Below are positions 1 through 11,530 of a DNA stretch of 44,102 nucleotides, one piece after another. The stretch's first letter is position 1. The number at the start of each line of letters is the position of its first letter. The position numbers and the translations under genes are program-made. Origin of the DNA: Halocafeteria seosinensis (lineage: Eukaryota); assembly GCA_001687465.1 (NCBI GenBank), contig LVLI01000173.1, forward strand, positions 124,001 through 168,102, read 5' to 3'. The notes below the pieces were generated by a model that saw nothing but the letters and a program-made list of their open reading frames with translations, did no database searches and was not told where the DNA came from.

Positions 1-61
1 AAGATATGCGCATCGTCACAAAATGCAATTCTGGCACACTTGGGAAAATACACTTGAAGTT

Positions 62-3000
62 CTAGAAGTGCTGTCTCGAGCCCGCAGTTTTTCGCTTGGC
101 GCTCCTCTTTCGTCCGATGCGGCGAGCCGAATGCGAAGCCACAGGTCTTACGCTAGGGAGAGTTTGTGCAAATTCTTTCTTCTCCGATTTCGTTCGTTCC
201 AGGCGTCTACGTCGCGACTCGCTGTGGTACTTGGCCTCGTGGGACAAGCTAGCGCGTTTCTTGGCAAATTGTAGCTGCCGAGCGTGATCATTGGTTGCCA
301 TTGCGGAAAGAGGATTTGTAGTACCCCCATGAGAAAGGTTCGATTGCCCCTTGGCATTATCCACTTCCACTTCAACAAGTGGAGCCGGTTCTGCGAGAAG
401 TTTGGATTTCCACACTCGGAAATTGAGCAAGGTTTTACTCGAAGCTTTAAGCTCAGACGTATCGACATCAGTTGCCTTAGCTACTTGCGTAGGCTTATTT
501 TTCACCGAAGGGGGTTCATTGGTCGAGAGACGAGGCTGCTTTACTGACACGACGCGCACACTTTGTAGTTGAATGGGGGTTCGTTTCCCTACATCAACAA
601 ATTGCGCAGAACCTGCCCTTAGGAGCTGCTTGTCGCCACCCGAGTGCAGCGCTAACGGATTTCGAGTGGGGGTCGGATCTCTCTTCAGTTCCTTTCCGCT
701 CGAGCTATGTCCCGTCACCGTCGTATACAAAAACTCGCTTTCTGATATGCCTAGATTTTGAGCGTAAATTTGCAGCGGATCATCATACCGCTGCATACGC
801 TTCTTATTGCGCTTCCGCTTATATGCTAACAGGAAGACGGCCAGTATACAAAGAGTCAGAGCCACAATTCCAGGAATGATTGCTCCCACAATATCATTCA
901 CGCCTAGGTTACTTCCTGCGACAGCTGCTGCTGGATCTTCATCGTCTGGATTAGTGGAGCTCACTGTTGGAGAGGCTTGCAACTGATCTAACGAGGCGGA
1001 GGGTGTCTTCTTTGTCGACAATGGCGTGTGCTCTCCAGTTGCCGGCGATGTCGGAATGCTTCTGGAAGATGACCAAGTAGAAGAGGCTGGCGAAGACACG
1101 GTTGGGCTCACTGTTAAGAACAGAGGGCGACGTCCAGAAGCTGAAGGGGTCGACGTAACAGATACTGTCGGAAATGCGGTGACGGAAGACGTTACGGTGG
1201 TGCTGACAGAGTTTGAAGCGGAAGAAGTCGGAGTGGGAGATACCGAAGGTTTCGTAAGACCGCCCCCTTGAAAACGTAATATTGGAAGGCCGTCTTTTTC
1301 TCCAATCTTCCAAATGTCAGCATCCCACATTTTGGAACCATTGTAGTAGTATAGCTGGTTCATGATCTTATTCAAATCTCCAGAGTTACCAATGCTTGAA
1401 ATGCTAGAAGCCCCGCTTCCCACCATGACTCTATCTGTGGATACTGAGTACTTCACTGACACAGAATCAGCTTGCGGTGACACACCACCTATTATCCCGC
1501 CAGTGTCACCGAGTTCGGACGACGCATTTCCACTAGAATAAGTCTTTTCGATTTTAAGTGAACCTTCCCGGTATGCAGCATTGGAACCGCATATCCCACC
1601 AGCTTCGTTTGCTAGAATGTTGCCCCTCGCGTACGAATTAGCAATATAGACCGAACCTTTATTTCTCGCTGTATGTTGCCCAGCAAGACCTCCACCTGCC
1701 GTACCTGTGATATCTCCCATAGAGAAGCATTCAGAAACCCGCGTTTCTCCCTTTAAGAAAGCCGCACCGAAACCTAGAATCCCACCGCTTCCGTGACCAC
1801 CAATATCTCCCAAGGAATAGGAACGATGGACCTCGCATTTTCCGTCTTCTCCGCCACATCCTCCACCAATGAGGCCTCCAGAGCCATGTCCATCAATGCT
1901 TCCACTGGAACAGCAGCCGGTCACGTTTACAACTCCCCCAACTCGTCCTGCGAATACGCCGACGATTCCACCAGCAGTCTCTAATATTCTGCCAGTCGAA
2001 GAGCACTCAGAGATCATAACATGACCCCCTTCAAAACCACACTTTGCCCCACAGATTCCTCCTCCACCTTGACTATCAAGAAATATACCCGTCACGAGCC
2101 CTGTAGAACTGCAATGGTGAATTTGAGCAAAGCGTTGCTGTGGTTGGAGAATAAACCCGCCTTGAGGACTCGTTTCCCCGCCCTTCATGTGAACGCCGAC
2201 TACAACAGGGGAATGTCCAAGTGAAGAAATGCTCTTATTTCCACCTACAATGAATCCGCCGAAATTGGTGACTCCATCAAGGCGAATTTCGTAGTTGTTC
2301 CCGTCCAGCGTTTCTCCAGACATCAAGGACAGGAATGTTCGATTATCGTAGTAGTCCAACCAGGTAAAACTGCACCTCTGTTTGAACGTGGCAAGCGATT
2401 CCACAAACTCAAAACAGTCCTCTTTACCCTCGAGGATGGATAGTCGGAGATCATGGAATCTCAAGATGGGGGCATTCGTTATAGAGTGGACAAACCACGT
2501 ATCCTCTGACCACCTGACCTTATGGTTATATGTGTACAGTCTTCCAAGAATCTCGTCCAGATTTCCCGAGTTTCCAATACTGCTGGTAAGACGGTCTCCA
2601 TTTTGTCCAACTATTGCAGGTGGTGGTGGTGCGTCCACAGAGGACCCCACGGACACAGGCTGAACCGGCGAGGGGTTTCCACTAGGCCCAGCAAACACTG
2701 AATACGAAATGCTCACCCACTTAGGATTGGAGCCTATACTGGCAATGATTCCGCCCGCCCCCGCGGCAAAACTGATATCTCCACTTGCATACGTGCTTAC
2801 TATGGATATGTTCCCGCCTGAAGAAGCGGTCATTGCACCCGTTATTCCACCTCCTCTTCCTTTGACGTCTCCAACTGAGTAACAGTTTCTTAGAGACACT
2901 GTGCCTCCCCTACCTGCCGTCTGCATGCCTGTAATGCAACCAGCGCCATCAGAGACAACGTCTCCCTCCGAGTAAGATTCAACAATGGAGATTATTCCCC

Positions 3001-5240
3001 CATCTGGAGCAGTAGCACCAGCGGCAATGCCGCCTGCACCTTGTCCTTGCACGGTCCCTAGAGAATAGCACTTGTCAATATAAACGCTTCCACCTTTCAT
3101 TCCTGCTTCCGCAGCAAGAATACCTCCAGCAAATTGGCCTATAATTGTACCCGTCGATGAGCACCTAAATATCTCGGCGGAACCACCGTTAATTCCGAGT
3201 CTGCCTCCAACTATCCCACCTGCACCTGTCCCTGGGATATCTCCAGTTGTTCTTGATCGCGATATTTTAACGTTTCCCCGGTTCGCTGCACAAGCGAAAC
3301 CACATAATCCGCCACCACGGGCACCTCCATCGCCGCCTTGCAGTACTCCTTGAACGATTCCCGTAGAAGTGCAGAAATCGATCTTGAAAAACTTCTGCAT
3401 CGAGGTTACGATGAAGCCGCCACTTGCACTGGTTGTACCACCCCGCGTGTGAACGTTTACGATTAATGGCGCTTCATGGATGTCGCTGATTGAGTCCTCT
3501 TCAGCAACTACGAAGAGACCAGAAAACCCTCGGATACCACTCAAGTCTACAGTGTAGCCGTTACCGTTAAAGGTCTCGTTGGGTCTCAAGCTTATAAACG
3601 TACTACCCAATCTCCACGAGAGGTTGCATATTTGGCTGAAGGTCTTTTTGTCGTGACTATACTTGGTACATGCACTGTCTCCCTCCATGATGGTTAGGCG
3701 ACGGTCCTGAAATCTCAGAACAGGTGGATCATCCGAAGACCAAACAACCCACGTATTGTTGGACCACTTTTGCTCACCATTGTGCTGGTATAGCTGTCCT
3801 TTTATATCAGTAAGATTGTTGGAATTTCCTTCTAGTTCATCGATATTTTCCACTCCCTCGCCTACGATTCCATCTATCACCGGAGCCAGCGAGCGTACTC
3901 TTGTCGAGTCTTCAGAGCTCTCCTCATCTTCCAGAGCGAGTCTTCGCTGTAACATGGGGCGCCGACTTAGGGCAAGAGGTGGAGAATATACGGAGTATCG
4001 GATACTGACCCGGCTGTTCGAGTAGACCTGGCCGATGATGCCTCCCGCATCAGAATGCACTTCCCCACTCACATATGCATTAGTAACTGACACATTGGTC
4101 TTCCTTGGGTCTCCGTATGAGTTGTCAGTCCCAGCCACCCCCGCTATGCCTCCTGCTCCTTTTCCCTTTACTTGACCGGAGGAGTAGCAATTGAGTATGG
4201 AAATGGTGCCAGCTCCCGTTCCTGTTACTGATATTGCTCCTGCGATACCACCAGCATCTCTTCCTAGTATATCCCCCTTGTTGAACGAGCTGGTGATGGA
4301 GACGCTTCCACCATGTCTCCCTGGAGCAGCACCAGCAATGCCCCCAGCGCTCTGTTCTAGAATTGCCCCTAGAGCAGAGCATTGATGGACGGACACATGC
4401 CCGTTTTTCATACCACCTTCTCCCGCGAGTATACCACCAGCGTATGCCGCTTCAATAGTTCCCGCTGAAACGCAGCCACTTATTTCTGCTGTACCTCCTT
4501 CCAAGCCCAAGCGACCACCAGCAATTCCTCCGGCCCCAGGTCCTTTGATGACGCCATTGAAAGTCGTTCGGAATATCTGCACTTCTCCTCCATTCAACGC
4601 ACACATAAATCCGCATATCCCACCGCCACGTTTGCCGCTGTTATTTTGGATACTACCTTGGACGGTGCCTGACGCACTGCATGAGTCGACTTTAAAGAAC
4701 TTCTGCTCAGCCTGAACAATGAACCCACCTCTTGTGCTTGTTTCCCCGCCAGAAGTATGAACGTTATGAATGAAGGGAGACGAAGTAAAGTTGCTAACTC
4801 CTTCAACAATGAAGAGTCCTTGGAATCCAGAAATACCGGAAAGGTCAATGTTGTAATTGTTGCCGTCAAAGGTCTCATAAGCTTGCAATGTGATGAAATC
4901 TCCAAGCCTAACCCACGTTATGTCGCATAGTTGGTCAAACCGCTCCCAAACAGTGTTATAATGGATACATTCCACTTCTCCAAGAATTATAGAGCCCCTT
5001 AAATTACGTCTGGGAGGGGGACTACTGCTGGGAGAAACTGTGGGAGTTGGAGAAGGTGTAGGAGTTCTTGTAGGAACTGATACGTTCCCCATGCAAAATT
5101 CGGGACCGCTGTACTCCAAATAGTACTCCCGTTCCACAGTCTCAAATATAGGCTGATAGTCGGCTCCGCTTGGACACAGCTCTCTCTGGTTTCCCGGGTT
5201 ATTGTGTAATTCCCTGGACGAGAATGTAGACGGTGTCCAA

Positions 5241-5282
<42 letters not shown>

Positions 5283-8200
5283 ATGTATGGCACCGACTTA
5301 CACTTCAAAAAGATGATCAGGGGAAACTCCCACAAATACATTTTCCGGGAGAATTCGTAGCAAGTTGCTTGAGAGGATGCTGAAGCAAATGAAGAATATG
5401 CACGGACGGAACCGTTTCGATCAAATAAATTTGAGTACACATACATTCCATCAACGCGTTTAATTCCCTTAAATGCGTTTTCATCAATTACCCTTAACTG
5501 GTTTCCTTCCAAATCTCTGGTAGCTCAGATTCAAGGGTAAAACATTCGCTCGCAGCTGCGCTATGCTAAATCCCAACGTACATTAGCTCCATGGTCTCAG
5601 CATCGTCGAACAAGCCACCCGGTAGATGAACCAAATGATTCCGACTCAGGTCTCTGTAGCGGAACCAGGTATTAGTAGCGGTAGCGGGTCTCTGTGTGCA
5701 CTAAACGGCTTACATAAATTGAACGGATTCCAATCCTGCAAACGCGGCTACTGAAAGTGTCTGCAAACTATTGCCGTTAAGTCGTCTGCCAAGCGGTGGC
5801 ACCGGAAGAAGCATGTATTCAGTCAAAACAAAATTCCTGAATTGGAAGGAACTGCTTACATATCTCTGAGGCTTTCCGTATGTCTGAATCGACCACCGGG
5901 TAGATGCATCAAAGCATTGTGTGATAAATCCCTGAGACAGTCAGCAGTTTCCTAAGTTTTCCGAGCTTTTATCATGCAGATCAGGGTAGACTCACAGGTC
6001 ATGCAAGTTAGTCAGCCCCAAGAATGCATCTTCGGGCACATCGACAATTTCGCATTGTGACAATTCCCTGGAACACAGGTGTATAGTGAAGTACACTCTA
6101 CCACTTTTTTAATGCACTTCTAGACTCACAATCTCGATAACGAGTGCAAATGAACAAATGCTGCCCCGGGAAGCGATTCCAAATGATTTTGGCGGAGCTC
6201 TCTGAGGGTTCATGGCATAAAATGGCAGGCTTTCCTCCTTGTCAGGAATTGCGGAACTTGGAAGTCACTTACAGTGTATGGAGCCGGTTCAAACCAATGA
6301 ATGAGTCATTTGTGAACGTCTCCAGTGAATTTACCGAGAGATCGCTGTAGCAGAAGATTAAGTACATTGCTGGCTGCAATTTTTTCTTGCAACGAACACT
6401 TACAGATGATTCAGCGACCCCAATGAGTTGAAAACATTACTCTTCAGCATGGTGATGAGATTCCCCCTAAGGTGTCTGCAGCAAAAATATATTTTTGGAT
6501 CCACAAGGCAAATCCGAAAAGTTGCGATTCTACGCCTTACAGCCTACGTAACGATGCCAATCCTGCAAAAGTGTCCTTGTTGAGCTCTTCCAAGTTATTA
6601 TTTTCCAAGGATCTGCAAACAGCGACAGCATCGTCAGCATCGTCAGCAAGGCTCATGTGGCGTTCTACCAAGAGAGTCATTGTGGTTGCTACGTACAAAG
6701 TTCTAAGCAAGTGCAGGCCCTTAAATGTTTTCCCTTTCAGTTCTTGCAACTTGTTCCCATCCAAGGATCTGCTTTGACAAACAAAAGCGTGTTAACTTAT
6801 ACCCGTCTCAAGCCTCTGAAATTCACATACAGAGTGGTCAAGGAGTCCAGGGTTTCAAACAGCCCAGGTCCCACGGAGCTTAACTCGTTTCGCTCGACAT
6901 GGCTGCAGCCGGTAGTGCTATGAGCTTCATTCCACGAAGTCTAAAAGTACACCTGAATGACTTACAGATCTGTCAGAGATGACATGCAGTCAAATACTCC
7001 AGGCTTTAGAGTACTTATTTTGTTTCCACTTAGACGCCTGTTCCGCAGCAACAACGCATCAACAGAGTCATGAGGTTTGGTAGAGTAGTTCATGAGATAT
7101 TCCCATACAGGTTTGTTAGCGATTCCATACAGCCGAACACGGCAGGCTCCAAGGCGCTGATTTTGTTTCTTTCAACATGCCTGCAGTAGTGGTACAAAAT
7201 AGCATTCTTACATATTGTGGTTGCACCAGTCAAAGCTACGTACAAATTCCGCAGGGTTGAAAGATTTCTAAATATCCCCTCTTGTAAGCCTGTAAGAGGG
7301 TTGTTTTCCAACCGTCTGTGGAGAATAAGAAGGGCATTGAGTTCAGGAACTATGAGGCAACCATGAGTTTGGTGAACTTACAGGTACTCAAGACTTTGCA
7401 GGTATTCGAATATACCGTCTGGAAGTCTCGTTAGTGCAGTGTGCCTAATAGTTCTGGATAAGTAGCATAACGTTTTCTTTCTGCCAAACATGGCAACGGT
7501 CCCAGATACTGTAACAGTACTTACAGTCGCCGAAGGGATAATAGTCCCAAGAAAACGTCCGGGTCTAGTGTCTCCAGGCTGTTTGCTTGTAATTCCCTGT
7601 AGTAATAGGCAGTATACTTCTTGTAGCTGCTGGACTCCACACTAACTCCAGCTGAACTTTTTATTGCCTTACACCTTGTGCAAATTTGTCATGTCTCTGA
7701 AAAGCCCTCTTGGTAGACTTTTCAAGCGATTCCCCGAAAAAGTCCTGTAAAAACAGGGTAATCTAACATGCATGAACTCTTCCATTGCTGTGTACACTTA
7801 CAGTGATGATACTTGATGCTGCTTCAAGAAGGCATCAGGATGAACTCGCTCAAAATTCCCTGAGTAAACATTCCTGCGTGAGTCCAATGAGTTGTAACGC
7901 ACGGCTTCTTTAATGTATGTATGACGTGTAAATCACGTACACATTATTTTCGCAATTGAAACAAAACAGCAGCGTCGTTTTGCCCTCCTTTTCATCGCAA
8001 ATGCAGGTGCACGCATGAACCCCACAATTCGTTTCCGCAAGCGTTCCTATGCAAAACTGGTCGACGTCTGCTGCTGTCTCGTCCAACTTGTCGAAGGTAG
8101 TTTCTGGTGGGCAATATGCTGAGCTCTCCCCAGGATTGTTTATAAGTACTCTGCCCATGCGTTAGAGTAACTCTATTCGCACTCTAGACAGTATCTGTAC

Positions 8201-9914
8201 TTGATTCACTTACACGCTCTCCAGCTTTTCAAGGCCAGAGGTGAAATTGTGTGGAATGAAGAACAGCTTATTATGCTTCAGGCTCCTGGAAGAGGTTCAA
8301 CATCTCCCCGAGGAATATATCGAAATGGCATATCTATAGAGCACCAACAATACGTACAACCAGCGTAACTCATCGAGACCATCAAAGGAATCCTTGAAAA
8401 TCCTCCCGACATTACTGGAACTCAGGTCTCTGCACCAAGATGGTCCATGTATAAAGCTATGTCTCCGCTACACATGACCTGTCGACTTGATCGCTTACAA
8501 TTGCTTTAAATTCTTCAACGGAGTGAAAGAGGTCTTATGAATCGTCTTCAAATTATTTTCGGTCAAGTTCCTGCACGGCAAAGGTATTGAGTGGAATTGA
8601 ACGAGAATTTAGCAAGGCACAACACATCTTGTACCATACAGTGCTTCCAGAGAGGCCAGGGGCTGCAAGACATCCGCGTCCAGAGGCGTCGACATTGCAT
8701 TTGCTCCAAGGTCCCTGGAACAAATCCATTTCGATTACACAGAATCTAAAGTATTTTCGCTCTTCATAAAAGCTCACAGAAACCGCAGCGCAGCCAAGTT
8801 TTGAAAACTATTAGCAGACAGATGCTGAAGATGGTTTTCTCTGTAAATTCTGCGCCAGCGAGAGTCATTCCCCATACCGGCCACGCACAACAAGCATATA
8901 CGTAATGAAGGGGAGCTTACAAAGTCTTCAAATGTGTCAGTCCCTCAAACCAGTCGCTTTGTATACCTCTCAAGTCATTGTTGCTCAACTCACTGTGTGT
9001 ACAAGTTCAGGTACCAGCATAAGTTACTGCTTTCCCCGTGGTGTGGACACTTACAGCTTCTGAAGATTGGGAAAGTTAGTAAGCACACCATCAAGGTTAT
9101 GAAACTTGTTCCTCGAGAGATCTCTGGGACATTTTAAGAGTTAATTGCGACCGGTAATACCATAGAAGGTTATAAAGTTCTGTATCGAGGTGCTCGTACA
9201 GTTTTTCCAGGTCTTGTATACCATCAAATGTTTCATGATCAAGATCCCATGCTTCAAGGTTGTTGCCGGAAAGGTCTCTGAAACCCAGAATAGCATCAAG
9301 GAGAATATCTTACCATTCCCAAGAACTTAACGCCCACTTACAGTTTCTTTAACTGAGTCAACTCTTTGAATGGGCTTCCTGCTAGTGAGGATAGGTCATT
9401 GTCAGCCAAATTCCTGCATTGGACCCTTCATGACGGAACCAAAGGCTGATGACTGAGGAGAAAGGCCTTCCTTACAAGTCCACAGTATCTTTAACTTCAG
9501 AGAATGCGCCACGTTCGATACGCAAGATGCCTTGTCCACTCAAATCGCTGCACCCAGAAAAATATGGCAGACATATTGTCACCCCACGCCTCCGGATCAA
9601 ACTTACATTGTCCCAGAACATCCAGTACACTTCTTCAAGGTAACATCCTCTCTTTCTTCTGAGTTGCATGTACATGTACAATTCGCGCCTGATTTCTCCA
9701 CACATGAACTTCCGGATTGCAAGTGCCGTCTGACAGACCTCCGGAGATAGTTATGCTGGCCATTATCACCACCATTCGCCCCGACGCGCCCAACGGCGCA
9801 CGCAAGTATCCCTAGCAAACAAAATGCCTTTACGTGCGCCTTTGGAAATTTTGCCACCGCTGCTGAAGTGCAGCTGCTGGATAGACAGCTTCCTCTCTTG
9901 CGAGGACGAGTCAT
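62..9914 (-). CDS. 32-exon LRR + GLUG-like-module type-I membrane receptor/adhesin (~2589 aa): hydrophobic leader, Cys cap, 10 LRR, Cys cap/cap, 19 LRR, Cys cap, P/S/T linker, 3 GLUG-like modules, S/T stalk, TM, ~250-aa tail
   Basis: Hand-spliced exons: 9607-9914, 9476-9547, 9342-9413, 9200-9277, 9055-9123, 8921-8992, 8778-8849, 8640-8714, 8499-8570, 8358-8429, 8214-8285, 7941-8150, 7802-7873, 7673-7744, 7525-7596, 7382-7453, 7244-7315, 7109-7180, 6966-7037, 6831-6902, 6697-6768, 6541-6612, 6404-6475, 6273-6344, 6130-6201, 5996-6067, 5860-5931, 5714-5785, 5582-5653, 5445-5516, 5302-5379, 62-5213. All 31 introns are GT(AAG/ACG/ATG/GAG)...CAG, 57-88 nt, phase 2. The total of 7770 nt is open in frame. 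Exons translate as LRRs (e.g. DLSRNHLVHLPGGLFDDAETMELI). The TM segment IVGAIIPGIVALTLCILAVFLLAY is followed by KRKRNKKR. Confidence 0.9.
5244..5278. repeat. (GA)17 microsatellite in the last intron (5214-5301) of the LRR gene
   Basis: Perfect GA run read directly. It produces the artefactual LSLSLS in the ORF track. Confidence 0.95.
5302..7873 (-). repeat. LRR block 2: 19 single-repeat exons (18x72 nt, 1x78 nt)
   Basis: For example 6130-6201 ELRQNHLESLPGAAFVHLHSLSRL and 5302-5379 ILSSNLLRILPENVFVGVSPDHLFEV. Exon+intron period is ~130-165 nt. Confidence 0.92.
8214..9547 (-). repeat. LRR block 1: 10 single-repeat exons (7x72, 78, 69, 75 nt)
   Basis: Each exon encodes xLxxNxLxxLxxxxFxxLxxLxxL, e.g. 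8921-8992 ELSNNDLRGIQSDWFEGLTHLKTL. Canonical splice sites flank every exon. Confidence 0.9.
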
Positions 9915-11269
9915 TCTCGTAGTGCAAGAGAGTAGATAGAGCCTTCTCCCTTTCGACTTTGAACACGAACCAATGGCTCGTATGATAATACGTGGTTCTG
10001 CATGGAGAAAAGGGGTATTTCAAATGACTGCCACATGCGGACTTATGCCTTGGTTGGTCTTGCGACCTCGTCTAGTGTTCGACAAGGACCTGGAGGACGG
10101 CTCTCAATGCCTTTTTATCATTTTCCATACCCTCAAAATGGCCTCATTCAGAGACAGCAGTGTAGGGAGCATTTAGGTTTCCTTTGCCTAAAAACACAAG
10201 CGTGATAGTATCACATACCGCTTAATGAATAGCTCTCTGGATTTTGGACTCTGCCGCTATAATTGATTAGGTACTCTCCCCGAATTCGCTACACACACGC
10301 TACGAAATCAAAGAATGGATACTGCTATCAGTATACCAGGCTTGGAGACTTTCGCCACAGAATCCTGGAAGTATTTGTCGTACTTGCTACGCGATTGGTA
10401 CCACAGTAAAGCGGGCAACCAAATCCACCAGTTTGTTCTTCACTGCTGACAAGGGAGCGGACACAGAGCAAGGGAGCGACGAGACCGCTTCAACCCTTTC
10501 TGCAGTCAAGGCCAATAAAATCCCAGAATAAATTACAGCAGCGGTTCGGGATCGACTATGCTACTGCGGATCCTCTCATAAGTTTAGAATTGGTTGAGCG
10601 CTCTAACAATAATAGAGCGCAGGATGACCACTGCAACTTGTACTTGAAGCAAAAACCTGGAATTTGCGAAGCATTTCCCGACAGCGTCCATTGGGCCTTT
10701 GGAGAGAACATAGTGAGAGTTTGAGCTGAAGAGAAGAAGAAGAGGAGTTGGAAGGTTATATGGACAGCAGATTGCATTGACGGCGATATGTCCCGTCGTG
10801 ATTGCTCTCGTAATCTAAGATAGCGGAAGTTGGGCGGGAGATGAGCTCCTGAGCCAAGGGGATCCATAGCGGCAACAAAAGAAGAATCTCCATCCTGTGC
10901 TAATAAAATCCCTACAGGAGCTATCGAGTGGCCACGAAGACGAGTGTAATCGTCGTTTGTTCGCGCCCTTGGTCGATTGAAAACGAAGGCATTACCAGTA
11001 CAAGTTGTCCTTAGTTGTACTTCAAACACTTGTGAAACCCCAATGTTACCAAACAACAGTTGTTTTTGTTAACACCTGCAAACAGAAGTTACGCTTTTCC
11101 AGCCTCGTCGAGCGTTGCTACTACCGATGCCTTATCCCAGATATCGGTCTTACACATGTTTCTTTATTTATACCGCCGAGCGATTTTAATAGCTATACAG
11201 CCAAGCTTCAATAATACCGGGGCAGTAAACTAGGCGTCTTCCGGTAGGGGCACTACTAATATACACAAC

Positions 11270-11530
11270 TTTAGTACAATGTACAATATAATAACAGTCT
11301 CAAACTGCTGGTTACCTGTTCCGTTGGATAGGCACGATAATCCGAAGAGGGAATGGTCACGGTCCTAATGCACGTTTCGGATTCAATCAGGCCGAGACAC
11401 GAGAACCGACTGGTATCCCGGAGGCTAAAGGCTGTTTGCGCATTCCCTGAGCATGTACTGGATGGCATACCCTCCTCATCTCCATAATAACCTGCAGGAC
11501 AAATCTGGCGTATTCCGTTTTGACAGTGGT
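11270..11530 (-). pseudogene. Decayed fragment of a Cys-rich repeat protein (GCC2/GCC3 / ephrin-receptor-like type), copy 1
   Basis: Minus strand reads HCQNGIRQICPAGYYGDEEGMPSSTCSG and then frameshifts. It is a direct repeat of ~12150-12405 (shared cataccctcctcatctccataata, tggcgtattccgttttgacagt, tacaatgtaca). Confidence 0.6.

Noticed and set aside
5214..5512. N-terminus of the 1816-aa ORF as given (TTG start, ...LSLSLSLS...)
   Set aside because: It reads through two introns and an off-frame 78-nt LRR exon (5302-5379). The true gene continues upstream by splicing.
5302..9547. ~140-nt periodicity resembling a CRISPR or tandem repeat array
   Set aside because: There is no conserved nucleotide direct repeat. 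The period is explained by 72-nt exons plus ~65-nt introns.
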